Source: Candidatus Limimorpha sp.
GTDB lineage: Bacteria; Bacteroidota; Bacteroidia; Bacteroidales; F082
DNA: 64,000 bases
Direction of reading: 5' to 3'
Assembly: GCA_045120395.1 (NCBI GenBank)
Contig: JBGVET010000026.1
Location: forward strand, 5,691 to 69,690
In this document: positions 19,032-29,019 of the stretch, piece after piece
Layout of the letters: each line of letters starts with the position of its first letter
Position numbering within the stretch: the first letter of the stretch is position 1
Program-made: the position numbers and the translations under genes
Notes under the pieces: model-generated
Database searches by the model: none
The model's input: the letters and a program-made list of their open reading frames with translations, nothing else
What the model was told of the DNA's origin: nothing

Positions 19032-19792
19032 CAGGACTTGACCGCTGGAGAGAGTATTTCGGCGAATATAAAGATAAATATGTATTGATTGGTGGTGCCG
19101 CCTGCAATCTTCTTGAAGAAGAATTGGATATGAATCCGAGAGCGACCAAAGACCTTGACCTCATTCTTGTAGTAGAGGCGCTTACCCCAGATTTCGGTTC
19201 TCGATTATGGGATTTCATAAAACATGCGAACTACACCAACAGGAACATTGGAGAAAACGAGCATAAGCATGAATACTATCGTTTTACAAATCCACAAGAC
19301 AAGACATACCCTAAACAAATAGAACTGTTTGCACGTAACACTGGTATCTTAAATCTTCCTGCTGACGCACATCTGGAACCAATAAGCTTAGGCGAAAACC
19401 TTTCCAGTCTGTCTGCAATACTGATGGATAATGATTATTATTCATTCACAATAGAACACAGCAGGAATATTGAAGACATTCATATCGCCAATCCTGAGTC
19501 TCTTATATGTCTTAAAGCAAAGGCTTATATCGAAATGCTTGAAAGAAATGAAAAGGGAGAGCGGGTTGACAATAGGGATATTGAAAAGCATAAGAAAGAT
19601 ATATTCCGACTTGTTGCAATGCTTCCACAAGACTCGCATTTCAATCTGCCAGAGAAGTTGCGTAATGATATGAACTTTTTTGTACAAAGAATCGGAGACA
19701 TACCTAATTCCGACTTCTTCAAAAGTGCTGGATTAAAGGGATTGAATGCAACAGACCTCTTAGATCTTTTAGTCAAAGCATTTGTATTATGA
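19025..19792 (+). CDS. nucleotidyltransferase-fold protein, AbiEii/AbiGii-toxin-like
   Basis: LIGGAACNLLEEELDMNPRATKDLDLILV (GG...R.TKDLDL NTase motif); C-terminal KAKAYIEML...RDIEKHKKDIFRL. Confidence 0.6.
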   Translation: MVTGLDRWREYFGEYKDKYVLIGGAACNLLEEELDMNPRATKDLDLILVVEALTPDFGSRLWDFIKHANYTNRNIGENEHKHEYYRFTNPQDKTYPKQIELFARNTGILNLPADAHLEPISLGENLSSLSAILMDNDYYSFTIEHSRNIEDIHIANPESLICLKAKAYIEMLERNEKGERVDNRDIEKHKKDIFRLVAMLPQDSHFNLPEKLRNDMNFFVQRIGDIPNSDFFKSAGLKGLNATDLLDLLVKAFVL

Positions 19793-20598
19793 TTTCAGAT
19801 TGCGGCATAAACGAATATTGTTTTCCAGAAGCCAAAAGCATTGTTGTTTCTGGAGATATTCATGGTGATTTCAATATGCTAATCAATAAAGTCTGCGTAC
19901 AATATCAGATGCAGGACACATTGATTATTGTGGCTGGCGATTGCGGTTTTGGTTTTGAAAACAAAGGATATTATGATAACATCGTGAAACGAAATGCCAA
20001 ACGAATGAACGAAGCTAACAATTGGATTGTGTTTGTTCGTGGCAATCATGATAACCCTGCATATTTTGATGGTAAAGCGTTTTTGCACAAGAGGTTTATG
20101 GCAGTGCCCGACTACTCAATAGTTAAAGCATGTGATAAAGCCATACTTTGTATAGGCGGAGCCATTTCCATTGACCGTAAATATCGTATGAATGCTTGGG
20201 AAGAGTATGTCAAGAAACATAGAGGGCATACTGATGATGGAGCATTGGCAAAAAACGTTTATTGGACTGATGAAGCTCCAATGTTAAATATGGATAAATT
20301 ACGTCAAATTAAAGATACATACAAGCTTAATGCTGTTGTAAGTCATACGGCACCATCTTTCTGTGAACTGCAAAATAAGAACGGACTTTGCTGTTATGCT
20401 TATAACGATGAGAATCTGATATATGATGTTAACAACGAAAGATTGGTTATGGATGAGATACATAATATCTTAAAAGGTCAAAATCATCCAATCACTCACT
20501 GGTGCTACGGTCACTTCCATCAAAGTTTTCATGCTTCCATAGATGGAATTTTGTTTAAAATGCTTGATATAATGGAACTTTATCAAATGGGATACTAA
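19789..20598 (+). CDS. calcineurin-like metallophosphoesterase
   Basis: All five motifs: VSGDIHGD, VAGDCGFG, VRGNHDNP, VSHTAP, YGHFHQ; ATGA overlap with NTase gene. Confidence 0.8.
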   Translation: MISDCGINEYCFPEAKSIVVSGDIHGDFNMLINKVCVQYQMQDTLIIVAGDCGFGFENKGYYDNIVKRNAKRMNEANNWIVFVRGNHDNPAYFDGKAFLHKRFMAVPDYSIVKACDKAILCIGGAISIDRKYRMNAWEEYVKKHRGHTDDGALAKNVYWTDEAPMLNMDKLRQIKDTYKLNAVVSHTAPSFCELQNKNGLCCYAYNDENLIYDVNNERLVMDEIHNILKGQNHPITHWCYGHFHQSFHASIDGILFKMLDIMELYQMGY

Positions 20599-20617
20599 CT
20601 TTCTCTAAATATAAAAA

Positions 20618-20656
20618 CACAACTGCCTGGCATAAAATCAGGCAGTTGTTGTTTTA
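20618..20656. terminator. bidirectional terminator
   Basis: CAACTGCCTG (20620-20629) / CAGGCAGTTG (20639-20648), flanked by A-run and T-rich tail. Confidence 0.65.
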
Positions 20657-20657
20657 T

Positions 20658-22541
20658 TTAGGATTTCCCATACCATCCGTGTTTAACACGGTTCAATTGG
20701 GCGGAGAGCGTCCATTGTTTGAGGTATCGCTCGGCTGTCTTGTGCGGTATGTTTAATGTTTGCGCTACCGACAAGGCTGTTTGTTTGTCGAAATGGTGTG
20801 GCAAAGCATCAAAATATTGCTGTTTGAGCTGGTTCTTGCCAATGGGTTGTTCTTCTGCATTGACAGGAAACGTCTGATAGACCTTAGCTGTGTGTTTGAG
20901 CAGTGTTTCTGCCATTGATATTGCAGTGCTGAAGTCTTTGTTGTTGCATAGCATCACGTTAGGGAATTCGCCGTTTTCAAGTATGCGCAATACAGACAGT
21001 GTCATTGCAAGACGGAATGTTATAAGTCCGAAACGTCTTATTGATGCCACGAAGTCGATACCAAAGCCTGAAGAATACTCCATCTGCATATTTTCAAAGA
21101 AGGAATGGAATTCTTTCTGCTGCGTTGCCGTAAATGAGAATCGTATTGGAGGTGATGTTTTCAAAAGTCGGTATAAGTCAAAGAACTCTCTTCCGTAATT
21201 CTTGAAATGTTCGTCGAGCGTCTCGTCCTGAACTGCAAACACATCGTACCACTCCAATCTGATATTCATGCAATAGAATATGAAACGACTGAATAGTCCG
21301 TTTTCCGCATCTGGTACAAGTGAAAGAATCTGACGAGGTGTTCCAGACAAAAGCGCTGACAGCTTAGGTCTTTCAATCTCAACGAATTCCTTGTCTTTTC
21401 GTCTGTTGTAAGAGATTGGCTCGTGATGAAAAGCTTTTCTAAATCCATCGGAGAAGTTTCCAAAATCTGATTTGAATGTATTTGCAAGTGTATCACCTTC
21501 GGTTTCAAAAATAAGTCCAACGCCTTTGTTGTCGTTCAACACTTGATAAACAGCCGTAGAACTACTGTTTGCTGGAATAAATAGCGTTTTAAGAGGTGGT
21601 TCTATTGGTTGTTCTGCATCTGGATTCTTTTTGTTGATAGAATAATCGACTTGTTGTCGTTTGAAAATCTCCATTTCTACTGCATATTCCTCACGAAGCT
21701 GTTTATGAATGGGATCTATAATAAAACGGCACAACGACAGGCGTCCTTTTCCTGCAGAGGCGTGTGCAGTGACGAAAAGGAAAAGATTAGGAAAGACTTC
21801 TCTGCCTGCGTAGATCCCGTAAATATTTGGCATACAAGCCGAGACAACTGTAAGGGTTCCTAAGATGAGCAGGTCGGAATCTTCATTGGAGATGGAGTCG
21901 CTTGCTATCTTTTTAAGAAATTCTGGAAGATTGTCTCTCACTTTATCACTAAAAGTGGGCATCTGCTCTAATGGTATCGTCTCGATTTCATCTAAAACCT
22001 CAATAACCTCAGTTGAGGTTTTTGAGGATATTGGGGAAATGGGAACTTGGGAACGGGTGTTGATTGTTATTCCTGCTTGTTTGGCGAGGTGGAATAATGT
22101 CTTGATGGTGATTCCGCTTCCGTGTGCTTTTAGGCATGAAGTGAATTGTTTGTCGGTTTCCTCGTAAGAATAGTTTGGATAGAATCTGCTGATACGATGG
22201 AAATATTCTCTTCCGTTTTCGCTGAGTTCTTCGGAAAGAGCAAATCCGAGGTCGCGCCATGACTGATAGTCGGGAGCGATATCGATGGCTTTGTTTTCTA
22301 TTTCCACTGTAAGAAGTTCGATTTCTTGCTGGAGGTCAACAGACAACGGACAATAGTCAACAGAACTTGGGGATACGCTTTTCCCTTGGTCCACGAATTG
22401 GCACGAATTGGTACGAATCATATTTTTGTCTCCACGTATTTCACGTATCTGCACGGATTTTTCTTGGTCTGTATTTTTCTGGTTTGTTGTATCTGGCTTT
22501 TTGTTGAGCCAGTCGGTCATATTAAATTGTTTCTTTGTCAT
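20658..22541 (-). CDS. DUF3987-domain protein (primase/helicase-like, mobile-element replication/mobilisation)
   Basis: PriCT-like SWRDLGFALSEELSENGREYFHRISRFYPNY; P-loop-like VTAHASAGKGRLS; typical partner of VirE_N-like gene in Bacteroidales elements. Confidence 0.65.
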   Translation of the reverse strand: MTKKQFNMTDWLNKKPDTTNQKNTDQEKSVQIREIRGDKNMIRTNSCQFVDQGKSVSPSSVDYCPLSVDLQQEIELLTVEIENKAIDIAPDYQSWRDLGFALSEELSENGREYFHRISRFYPNYSYEETDKQFTSCLKAHGSGITIKTLFHLAKQAGITINTRSQVPISPISSKTSTEVIEVLDEIETIPLEQMPTFSDKVRDNLPEFLKKIASDSISNEDSDLLILGTLTVVSACMPNIYGIYAGREVFPNLFLFVTAHASAGKGRLSLCRFIIDPIHKQLREEYAVEMEIFKRQQVDYSINKKNPDAEQPIEPPLKTLFIPANSSSTAVYQVLNDNKGVGLIFETEGDTLANTFKSDFGNFSDGFRKAFHHEPISYNRRKDKEFVEIERPKLSALLSGTPRQILSLVPDAENGLFSRFIFYCMNIRLEWYDVFAVQDETLDEHFKNYGREFFDLYRLLKTSPPIRFSFTATQQKEFHSFFENMQMEYSSGFGIDFVASIRRFGLITFRLAMTLSVLRILENGEFPNVMLCNNKDFSTAISMAETLLKHTAKVYQTFPVNAEEQPIGKNQLKQQYFDALPHHFDKQTALSVAQTLNIPHKTAERYLKQWTLSAQLNRVKHGWYGKS

Positions 22542-23097
22542 GTCTTAAGAATTTAGGGTTGATGATACAATGTGGGTCGTGTGGAAGGAAGCAGGCTCGT
22601 GAAATGTTTCTGCATTGCGGGTCTGCAACTAGAGAATAGGTGTGTGACAGATAGTTGGAAATGGAATCGAACCAGTCTTGGTGTGATGCCTCTGATATGT
22701 CTATTTCCACAATCCATTTCAGTCCGTCGCCTGATGGTGATACGAATAGCAGTTGTGTCTCGAAGTATTCGTCTTGAATTAGAATGTCCTTTACGTCTTC
22801 TATATTGTTGAGATGGTCGAAGTCGAGACATAAGAGTCCTGAATGTTGGATAAGCCCATCATCGCTACGTTTGTTGAAAGTACCGCTGAAAGTGCAGTAG
22901 TTGAAATTTCTCGCCTTATATTGACGAGCATAACTTTTGTCGGCTATTGCACGCAATGAATTGGTGCTGTGAGTCGCCTGATGTCCTACAATGTAATTGT
23001 AAGCGTCGAGCAAAGTGAAGACCTTGCTCGGCTTAGTGTTGGAGATTGGCAAACTGAAGAATGAGAACTTCTTGTTGTTATTGCTTTGATTTTCCAT
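22522..23097 (-). CDS. VirE N-terminal / BT4734-like domain protein
   Basis: CTFSGTFNKRSDDGLIQHSGLLCLDFDHL...LLFVSPSGDGLKWIV. Confidence 0.6.
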   Translation of the reverse strand: MENQSNNNKKFSFFSLPISNTKPSKVFTLLDAYNYIVGHQATHSTNSLRAIADKSYARQYKARNFNYCTFSGTFNKRSDDGLIQHSGLLCLDFDHLNNIEDVKDILIQDEYFETQLLFVSPSGDGLKWIVEIDISEASHQDWFDSISNYLSHTYSLVADPQCRNISRACFLPHDPHCIINPKFLRHDKETI

Positions 23098-23464
23098 ACT
23101 CGTTTCTGATTTTATACATTACATAATTGTCGGCAAGTATTTTCTGTATATCTTGACGGCGATAATAGATTTTGCCGTTGATACGAGAAAAAGGTAGAGT
23201 TCCGTTAGAACGGAGAGTTTGTAGTGTGCGAGGACTGATGTGCAGTGTTTCCATCACATCTTGATTGTCAATCCAATCATTAAGATGAGTATGTTTAACA
23301 AGATTATTAATTTCATTGTCACTAAGACCATCAAGACTTAACAATCCTTTACTAATCAATTCTGCCTGAATGAAAGGACATTTGACGATAGTCTTTCCGA
23401 TAGCATCATCCTTATCCATTGCCATTTCGCAAATGATGTCTTTCAACAATTTAGGTTCGCTCAT
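23078..23464 (-). CDS. helix-turn-helix (excisionase/MerR-like HTH_17) protein
   Basis: DVMETLHISPRTLQTLRSNGTLPFSRINGKIYYRRQDIQKIL. Confidence 0.6.
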   Translation of the reverse strand: MSEPKLLKDIICEMAMDKDDAIGKTIVKCPFIQAELISKGLLSLDGLSDNEINNLVKHTHLNDWIDNQDVMETLHISPRTLQTLRSNGTLPFSRINGKIYYRRQDIQKILADNYVMYKIRNEYGKSKQ

Positions 23465-23820
23465 CTCAAACCTCCTTTCTTGCTGTTGACATAAGCCAAT
23501 GCTTCTGCATGAAGTTCTGCAGCTGTTTTTCTTTGGTCAGATTTCAACCATACGTCAATCTCCGATTTCAAGAATTGCAGTTTCTTACCTTTCTTATGAT
23601 AAGGTACAGTATGATGAGCCACCCAGCCATAAACCGTTTGCTTTGCTGGTTTATCAGGGACATATTGGCATAGCTGGTCGATGTCAAACCATCTGTCGGG
23701 TTCTACCTTTGCATCGTGAACGGTTTGAAGCAATGACTTCAATTCGTTCACATCTTTCATAAGTTGTGATATTGCCTCTGGCAATTCGTTAAATGTTATG
23801 TTGTCAAATTTTTGTAACAT
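23461..23820 (-). CDS. helix-turn-helix (excisionase-like) protein
   Basis: RWFDIDQLCQYVPDKPAKQTVYGWVAHHTVPYHKKGKKLQFLKSEIDVWLK. Confidence 0.55.
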   Translation of the reverse strand: MLQKFDNITFNELPEAISQLMKDVNELKSLLQTVHDAKVEPDRWFDIDQLCQYVPDKPAKQTVYGWVAHHTVPYHKKGKKLQFLKSEIDVWLKSDQRKTAAELHAEALAYVNSKKGGLR

Positions 23821-23936
23821 GATAACTTATTTTTATGTTAGAAAAATTGGAACTCCACAACCGTCCGAGAGTTCCGTTTTCGGGCGATTGCTTGATGCAA
23901 AAGTAGAATGGAAAATATTGATAATTATAAGAATAG

Positions 23937-24059
23937 CACTCGGCGCCGAGTGACCGCCGAGCGCCGAGTGCTGCAAAGTGCTGATAATAAAAAAGACTAC
24001 CTTTTGAAGATAGTCTCATTATTCTTTTAAATAGATATTATATGTCGAGTGCCGAGTGG
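23937..24059. repeat. GCCGAGTG octamer word repeats including a 16-bp perfect palindrome
   Basis: CACTCGGCGCCGAGTG (23937-23952) then GACCGCCGAGCGCCGAGTG; GTCGAGTGCCGAGTGG at 24044-24059. Confidence 0.6.
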
Positions 24060-24064
24060 TATGT

Positions 24065-25066
24065 TTATGACATTAGATAAGCGAAATGCTTAATATCCGA
24101 CAGTGTTTTTATCGGATCCTTTTGTTTTCTCAGTACATTTATGCCAAATGGTTTGCCATTTTTGTCAACGAAACACGCATCTACAACATCCCATATTGTT
24201 TTACCTTTGGGAATTTTGAGAACTTTATGTTCGTTTACAAGTTGTTTAAACAGGTATGATAAATCACTTTTATTACCTATCCAAGTAATAGGTTTTTCAA
24301 CCTTAACTCCAGAAAAGAGATGCTTGAATTCTGTTATCGGTTCCTCTTTTGGAATGGCATTATGTTGCTTTAATTCATAGAATAAAGCGTTTATATTTTG
24401 ACTGTCAGTTTGTAGTTTCGTATATACAAAAGAAAGAACAACATCTTCATTAACATTCTTATCTTTCTTCACTTCATTTATTGGAGTGATTTCCAAGGTT
24501 GGAATAAGAGTGATATTGACATAATCGCTTTTTCTCCATTGAAGTATCTCAACAAAGAAACTGTCAATGGTTCTTTGCTTGCTTTCCTCAATATAATCAA
24601 TGAAATGCTGTTGAAACTCCATGTAAAATCTTATCAGAGCCAAGACGAGATAATGATATATATAAGTATTTTCATTGATATACAATGCTCCAGAATAATC
24701 CCTCGATATGAACAAAGCGTCTAAATCAAGATTGTTCGTTATGATGATTTCCCTGATTTCTTTTAAACCAGTCTGCACCAATCCTAATATAGATTTTCGA
24801 TAGAATAATGCAAGAGTATTAGAGTTCGTTTTAGAAAAAAAATCGTTCAGTTCGGTCGTGATTGCATTGTCTATCAGTTTCCTGTAGTATCTAACTTTTG
24901 CTGACACCTCAGGTGCGTTGAACTCAATTTTATAGTTACGAGAGAATTTCTCTTCAACCTTACCTAATTCTCGGAATTTGGGTTCGTAGTAGTCGTTACC
25001 TTGTTTGGTTTCTCTCAATGGACACAAGTCAAGTCGAATGATTGAATCTATAGTTTCTTTAAACAT
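24065..25066 (-). CDS. hypothetical protein, RteC-like (tentative)
   Basis: C-terminal ITWIGNKSDLSYLFKQLVNEHKV resembles the W.GSK..L.EL.YAL block of RteC-family proteins; position next to integrase. Confidence 0.4.
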   Translation of the reverse strand: MFKETIDSIIRLDLCPLRETKQGNDYYEPKFRELGKVEEKFSRNYKIEFNAPEVSAKVRYYRKLIDNAITTELNDFFSKTNSNTLALFYRKSILGLVQTGLKEIREIIITNNLDLDALFISRDYSGALYINENTYIYHYLVLALIRFYMEFQQHFIDYIEESKQRTIDSFFVEILQWRKSDYVNITLIPTLEITPINEVKKDKNVNEDVVLSFVYTKLQTDSQNINALFYELKQHNAIPKEEPITEFKHLFSGVKVEKPITWIGNKSDLSYLFKQLVNEHKVLKIPKGKTIWDVVDACFVDKNGKPFGINVLRKQKDPIKTLSDIKHFAYLMS

Positions 25067-25068
25067 AT

Positions 25069-26343
25069 CTATTCCTCCATATTAAGGTTGATGTTTTTCA
25101 AATTTTCAATGACAATAGCATTAGCAGCTGCTTCTTTCTTTTGGTCGACGATGTGAGCGTAGATCTGAGTCGTCTTAATGTCGGTGTGACCAAGCATTTT
25201 ACTTACAGTGTATATATCTGTACCGTGCGTTAGTTGTAATGTGGCGAATGTATGACGGAAGCAGTGGAAAGTTATATTGCGGTTGATACCAGCTGCTTTA
25301 ATCCACTTCTTTAATGGAGGTGAGATTTTGGTTACATCTGGAAGGTCGGCAAACACGAGTTGTTCCGGATGCTTTGGTTCGCCACAGATTTTATACGCTT
25401 GTTCGCTGATTGGCATATATTCAACACCTTTAGTTTTCTGCTGGGTGAAGTTGAGACGATATTTGTCACCGACTTTTTGCAACTCTCCCCATTTAAGTTT
25501 CTTGACATCGCAGTGGCGAAGACCTGTGAGAAGTGAAAAGAATGCGCCTTGTTTCACAACAGGTTTGTCACACTCGGTATTTACGAGAAGATTTATTTCT
25601 TCCAGTGTCAATGTTTCTCTGCGAGTGTCGAGTTCACGGATTCCCTTTGTCTTGGCAGAGAGGTCGATGGTCAGATAACCGTCAACGAAAGCTCTTTTAA
25701 GAACCGTCTTAAAAGTAGAGAAATAGTTAGATGCGGTATTTTGTGAGATTTCAACATTCTTACTGCCTGCGTTTGGTGCTTCAAGGAGGTATTTTCTGAA
25801 ACCTTCAATGAGTTTCATATTTATTTGTGAGAAAGCTACCACTTCGGATTTAGCGAATGCCTTAAACAATTCCAACACTCTTTTCGATGTGACAATCAAA
25901 GAACGTGACGCCTTCTTTTGTCGGTCGGTGATGAGTTTCAGGAAATATTCAATGAAGTTGCATTGTGACTTTAATTGTTGTTCTGCGAGCTCCGCTTCTT
26001 GGTCGGTGTAGAGTGCTTGGTTGTCGAACTCACGTTGACGGAGTTTCCGGACATTGTCGGCATAGATGCACACTTCTTGATCTGCGACACTACGGCATTG
26101 TATTATGCCGTTGATATCACGTTTGGGTTTGTATGTCGTTTTGGTGTCTGTTGTCCTTGCAGTGCGTGATTTATCCCAGATAGGAGTCGTTATTATCCTA
26201 TTGAGATATTCCCTTTCTCGTTTTACTTTAGTGCTGCCAGGAACAAACACTGGATATGACTCTAAATAGAGATACCATTCGTCGGCATATTCAGACTTCC
26301 TAAGTTTGACAGACACCTTTGTATTTATTATTGTTTTTCTCAT
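25069..26343 (-). CDS. tyrosine site-specific integrase
   Basis: TGLRHCDVKKL; HCFRHTFATLQLTHGTDIYTVSKMLGHTDIKTTQIYAH (R, HxxR, H, Y). Confidence 0.9.
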   Translation of the reverse strand: MRKTIINTKVSVKLRKSEYADEWYLYLESYPVFVPGSTKVKREREYLNRIITTPIWDKSRTARTTDTKTTYKPKRDINGIIQCRSVADQEVCIYADNVRKLRQREFDNQALYTDQEAELAEQQLKSQCNFIEYFLKLITDRQKKASRSLIVTSKRVLELFKAFAKSEVVAFSQINMKLIEGFRKYLLEAPNAGSKNVEISQNTASNYFSTFKTVLKRAFVDGYLTIDLSAKTKGIRELDTRRETLTLEEINLLVNTECDKPVVKQGAFFSLLTGLRHCDVKKLKWGELQKVGDKYRLNFTQQKTKGVEYMPISEQAYKICGEPKHPEQLVFADLPDVTKISPPLKKWIKAAGINRNITFHCFRHTFATLQLTHGTDIYTVSKMLGHTDIKTTQIYAHIVDQKKEAAANAIVIENLKNINLNMEE

Positions 26344-26891
26344 ATTGGATGTTGTTTGTAGAGTTTATGAATTTCTGTTTTTGGGACGTATATGCTTTTG
26401 CCTTGATGGCGCATTGGAATTCCGTGTTTACGGATGTGGTTGGAAACTGTAGGTATCGACAAATTGTATTTCTTAGCGACTTCACTGATGGTATAGCAGT
26501 TTTCCAATGAAAGGTCATAGAGCATTGGTTGTGATTCTTCTTTCTTTTGTTCTTGCCGAATTGGAAAGATGGATTCCAATTTTTGTCTGTCGATGCGTAG
26601 CAGTCGTGTTCCAAGGTTGATAGCGGGGATGTGTCCTGTGCGTATCAATCTATATAAGGTGCTTTTTGCAACTCCATATAAGGCGATTGCTTCTGGTACG
26701 GAGATGTAAGGTCTGTTGTCGGGAACTGACTCAGCGATGGCATTCAGTTCTTGTTGTCGTTTTTCTTCAGCCACCTTTCTCTTGTATGCTTTCCTTGAGC
26801 ATTTTTCGGAACAGTAGCGTGAGTTGATGGTCTTTGGAGCGAATTCAATTCCACAGATGGGACAGATTCTTTTTACTTTGGATAGTTTCAT
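26340..26891 (-). CDS. Zn-ribbon + double HTH DNA-binding protein (excisionase/regulator candidate)
   Basis: CPICGIEFAPKTINSRYCSEKC; two HTH_17-like blocks ISVPEAIALYGVAKSTLYRLIRTGHIPA and YTISEVAKKYNLSIPTVSNHIRKHGIP; ATGA overlap with integrase. Confidence 0.6.
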   Translation of the reverse strand: MKLSKVKRICPICGIEFAPKTINSRYCSEKCSRKAYKRKVAEEKRQQELNAIAESVPDNRPYISVPEAIALYGVAKSTLYRLIRTGHIPAINLGTRLLRIDRQKLESIFPIRQEQKKEESQPMLYDLSLENCYTISEVAKKYNLSIPTVSNHIRKHGIPMRHQGKSIYVPKTEIHKLYKQHPI

Positions 26892-26979
26892 TTTGATAAT
26901 AATTTAAGGTTTGACAAATGGCTTTTAGTGTTCATTGGTTTCAGTTCATAACATTTTTAGTTTCGGTACAATTATGGTA

Positions 26980-26987
26980 CAAATATA
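26980..26987 (-). promoter_or_regulatory. candidate -7 box (TATATTTG on minus) for the integrase operon
   Basis: CAAATATA on + strand, ~90 nt upstream of ATG 26891. Confidence 0.3.
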
Positions 26988-27036
26988 CGAAAAACTTTCA
27001 AGAAAAACAACATAATAACGATAATTTTTTATAAAT

Positions 27037-27071
27037 AAAAATAGTGTAACAGATTGTGTTACACTATTTTG
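27037..27071. repeat. perfect 10-bp-stem hairpin at island/core junction
   Basis: ATAGTGTAAC (27041-27050) / GTTACACTAT (27058-27067), AAAA before and TTTT after. Confidence 0.6.
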
Positions 27072-27178
27072 TAGTTAAAGTTGTTTATGAATTATTTTGA
27101 TGGAATTAACTAACTCCTAACTCCTAACTAAAAAAAACTTATTGTCTTATAGTCTTGTGGTCTTGTTGACTTTTTTCT

Positions 27179-27186
27179 TATCTTTG
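27179..27186 (+). promoter_or_regulatory. candidate -7 box TATCTTTG for lysS
   Basis: TAnnTTTG match 36 nt upstream of ATG 27222. Confidence 0.4.
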
Positions 27187-27221
27187 CAAGTTTAATAGAA
27201 TTTAAGAAATATCAACATATT

Positions 27222-28943
27222 ATGTTAAGCGAACAAGAACAAATAAGAAGGAACTCATTAAACGAGTTATACAAATTAGGCATCAATCCTTATCCACAGG
27301 CAGCTTACGAAGTCAATGTCAACACAGCACAAATCGCTGAAGAATTTGATGACAACGACTTATCAAAATTCGAGAACGTAAGCATCGGCGGTCGTATCAT
27401 GAGCCGTCGTATCATGGGCGCAGCTTCATTCTGCGAGCTTCAAGACGCTCACGGCCGTGTACAGATTTACATCAAACGCGACGAAATCTGCCCTGGCGAA
27501 GATAAGACATTATACAACGTGGTTTTCAAACGTCTCCTCGACATCGGCGACTTCATCGGCGTTAAAGGTTTCGTCTTCCGTACACAAGCCGGAGAAGTAT
27601 CTATCCACGTAAAAGAATTGACAGTGCTCAGCAAGTCATTGCGTCCACTTCCTATCGTAAAAGAAAAAGACGGCGTCATCTACGATGCTTTCACCGACCC
27701 AGAACAACGCTATCGTATGCGTTACGTCGACTTAGTCGTTAATGAAAATGTGAAGAACATCTTCATCGCTCGTACTAAGATCATCAACTCAATGCGTAAC
27801 TTCTTCAACGAAAGCGGCTACCTCGAAGTAGAAACTCCAATCTTACAATCAATCCCTGGCGGTGCAACAGCACGTCCTTTCATCACACACCACAACGCTC
27901 TCGACATCCCTATGTACATGCGTATCGCTAACGAGCTTTACCTCAAACGTCTTATCGTTGGTGGCTTCGACGGCGTATATGAGTTCTCTCGTAACTTCCG
28001 CAACGAAGGTATGGACCGCACTCACAACCCTGAGTTCACATGTATGGAAATCTATGTCGCTTACAAAGACTACATCTGGATGATGGACTTCACAGAAAGA
28101 ATGATTGAACGCGTCGTGACAGAAGTGTTCGGCACCGACACAGTGAAAGTCGGCGACAACGAAATATGCTTCAAACGTCCTTTCAAACGCATCTCTATGA
28201 TCGACTCTATCAAAGAAAAGACAGGCATCGACATCACAGGCATGGACGAAGCACAACTCCGTGAAGTTTGTAAAAAGCTCGAAATCGAAATCGACGACAC
28301 AATGGGTAAAGGCAAACTCATCGACGAGATCTTCGGAGCAAAATGCGAAGGCACTTACATCCAACCTACTTTCATCACAGACTATCCAGTCGAGATGTCA
28401 CCATTATGTAAACGTCACCGCGAGAACCCAGAACTCACAGAACGTTTTGAGTTGATGGTAAACGGTAAGGAACTCGCTAACGCTTATACTGAGTTGAACG
28501 ACCCTATCGACCAACGCGCTCGTTTCGAAGAACAAATGAAACTCTCAGAACGCGGCGACAACGAAGCTATGTTCATCGACCAAGACTTCTTACGCGCTAT
28601 GGAATATGGTATGCCTCCAACATCAGGTATGGGCATCGGCATCGACCGTCTCGTGATGTTACTCACAGGTCAGCTCGCAATCCAAGAAGTTCTCTTCTTC
28701 CCAACAATGCGTCCTGAAAAAGTCAAGAAAGTAGCTACAGAACAAGACTTCATGGCTATCGGCGTTCCAGAAGTATGGGCTAAGGTCCTCATCAACGCAG
28801 GTTACACTGCAGTAGAAATGCTGAAAGCTGAGAAACCAGCAGCTCTTCGTGAGAAGTTGAACGGACTCCGTAAGAAAAACAAGATGGACGTCCCTGCACT
28901 TCAACTCGAAGAAGTAACACAATGGATTGAAAACAATGCATAA
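27222..28943 (+). CDS. lysS: lysine--tRNA ligase (class II)
   Basis: Full-length 573 aa; [58 protein letters not shown] class II motifs. Confidence 0.95.
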   Translation: MLSEQEQIRRNSLNELYKLGINPYPQAAYEVNVNTAQIAEEFDDNDLSKFENVSIGGRIMSRRIMGAASFCELQDAHGRVQIYIKRDEICPGEDKTLYNVVFKRLLDIGDFIGVKGFVFRTQAGEVSIHVKELTVLSKSLRPLPIVKEKDGVIYDAFTDPEQRYRMRYVDLVVNENVKNIFIARTKIINSMRNFFNESGYLEVETPILQSIPGGATARPFITHHNALDIPMYMRIANELYLKRLIVGGFDGVYEFSRNFRNEGMDRTHNPEFTCMEIYVAYKDYIWMMDFTERMIERVVTEVFGTDTVKVGDNEICFKRPFKRISMIDSIKEKTGIDITGMDEAQLREVCKKLEIEIDDTMGKGKLIDEIFGAKCEGTYIQPTFITDYPVEMSPLCKRHRENPELTERFELMVNGKELANAYTELNDPIDQRARFEEQMKLSERGDNEAMFIDQDFLRAMEYGMPPTSGMGIGIDRLVMLLTGQLAIQEVLFFPTMRPEKVKKVATEQDFMAIGVPEVWAKVLINAGYTAVEMLKAEKPAALREKLNGLRKKNKMDVPALQLEEVTQWIENNA

Positions 28944-28980
28944 TTCATAATTTATAATGCATAATTAGGAATGAAGGAAG

Positions 28981-29016
28981 TCTAACTCCTAATTCCTAAC
29001 TCCTAACTCCTAACTG
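28981..29016. repeat. CTCCTAA heptamer tandem array
   Basis: TCTAACTCCTAATTCCTAACTCCTAACTCCTAACTG directly before holB ATG. Confidence 0.8.
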
Positions 29017-29019
29017 AAT

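Larger units (their letters stand above)
20658..27071 (-). mobile_element. integrative (mobilizable-type) element backbone; element ends not defined
   Basis: Co-directional DUF3987, VirE_N-like, 2 excisionase-type HTH, RteC-like, tyrosine integrase, Zn-ribbon HTH genes; ends next to core lysS at a 10-bp-stem hairpin (27041-27067). Confidence 0.6.

Noticed and set aside
27849-28364. 171-aa antisense ORF, plus many other track ORFs nested in or antisense to lysS, fucI, the T9SS gene, the pAgo gene, integrase, trxB and others
   Set aside because: They lie inside strongly supported conserved genes on the other strand or frame. They have biased low-complexity composition and no start context. These are typical shadow ORFs.
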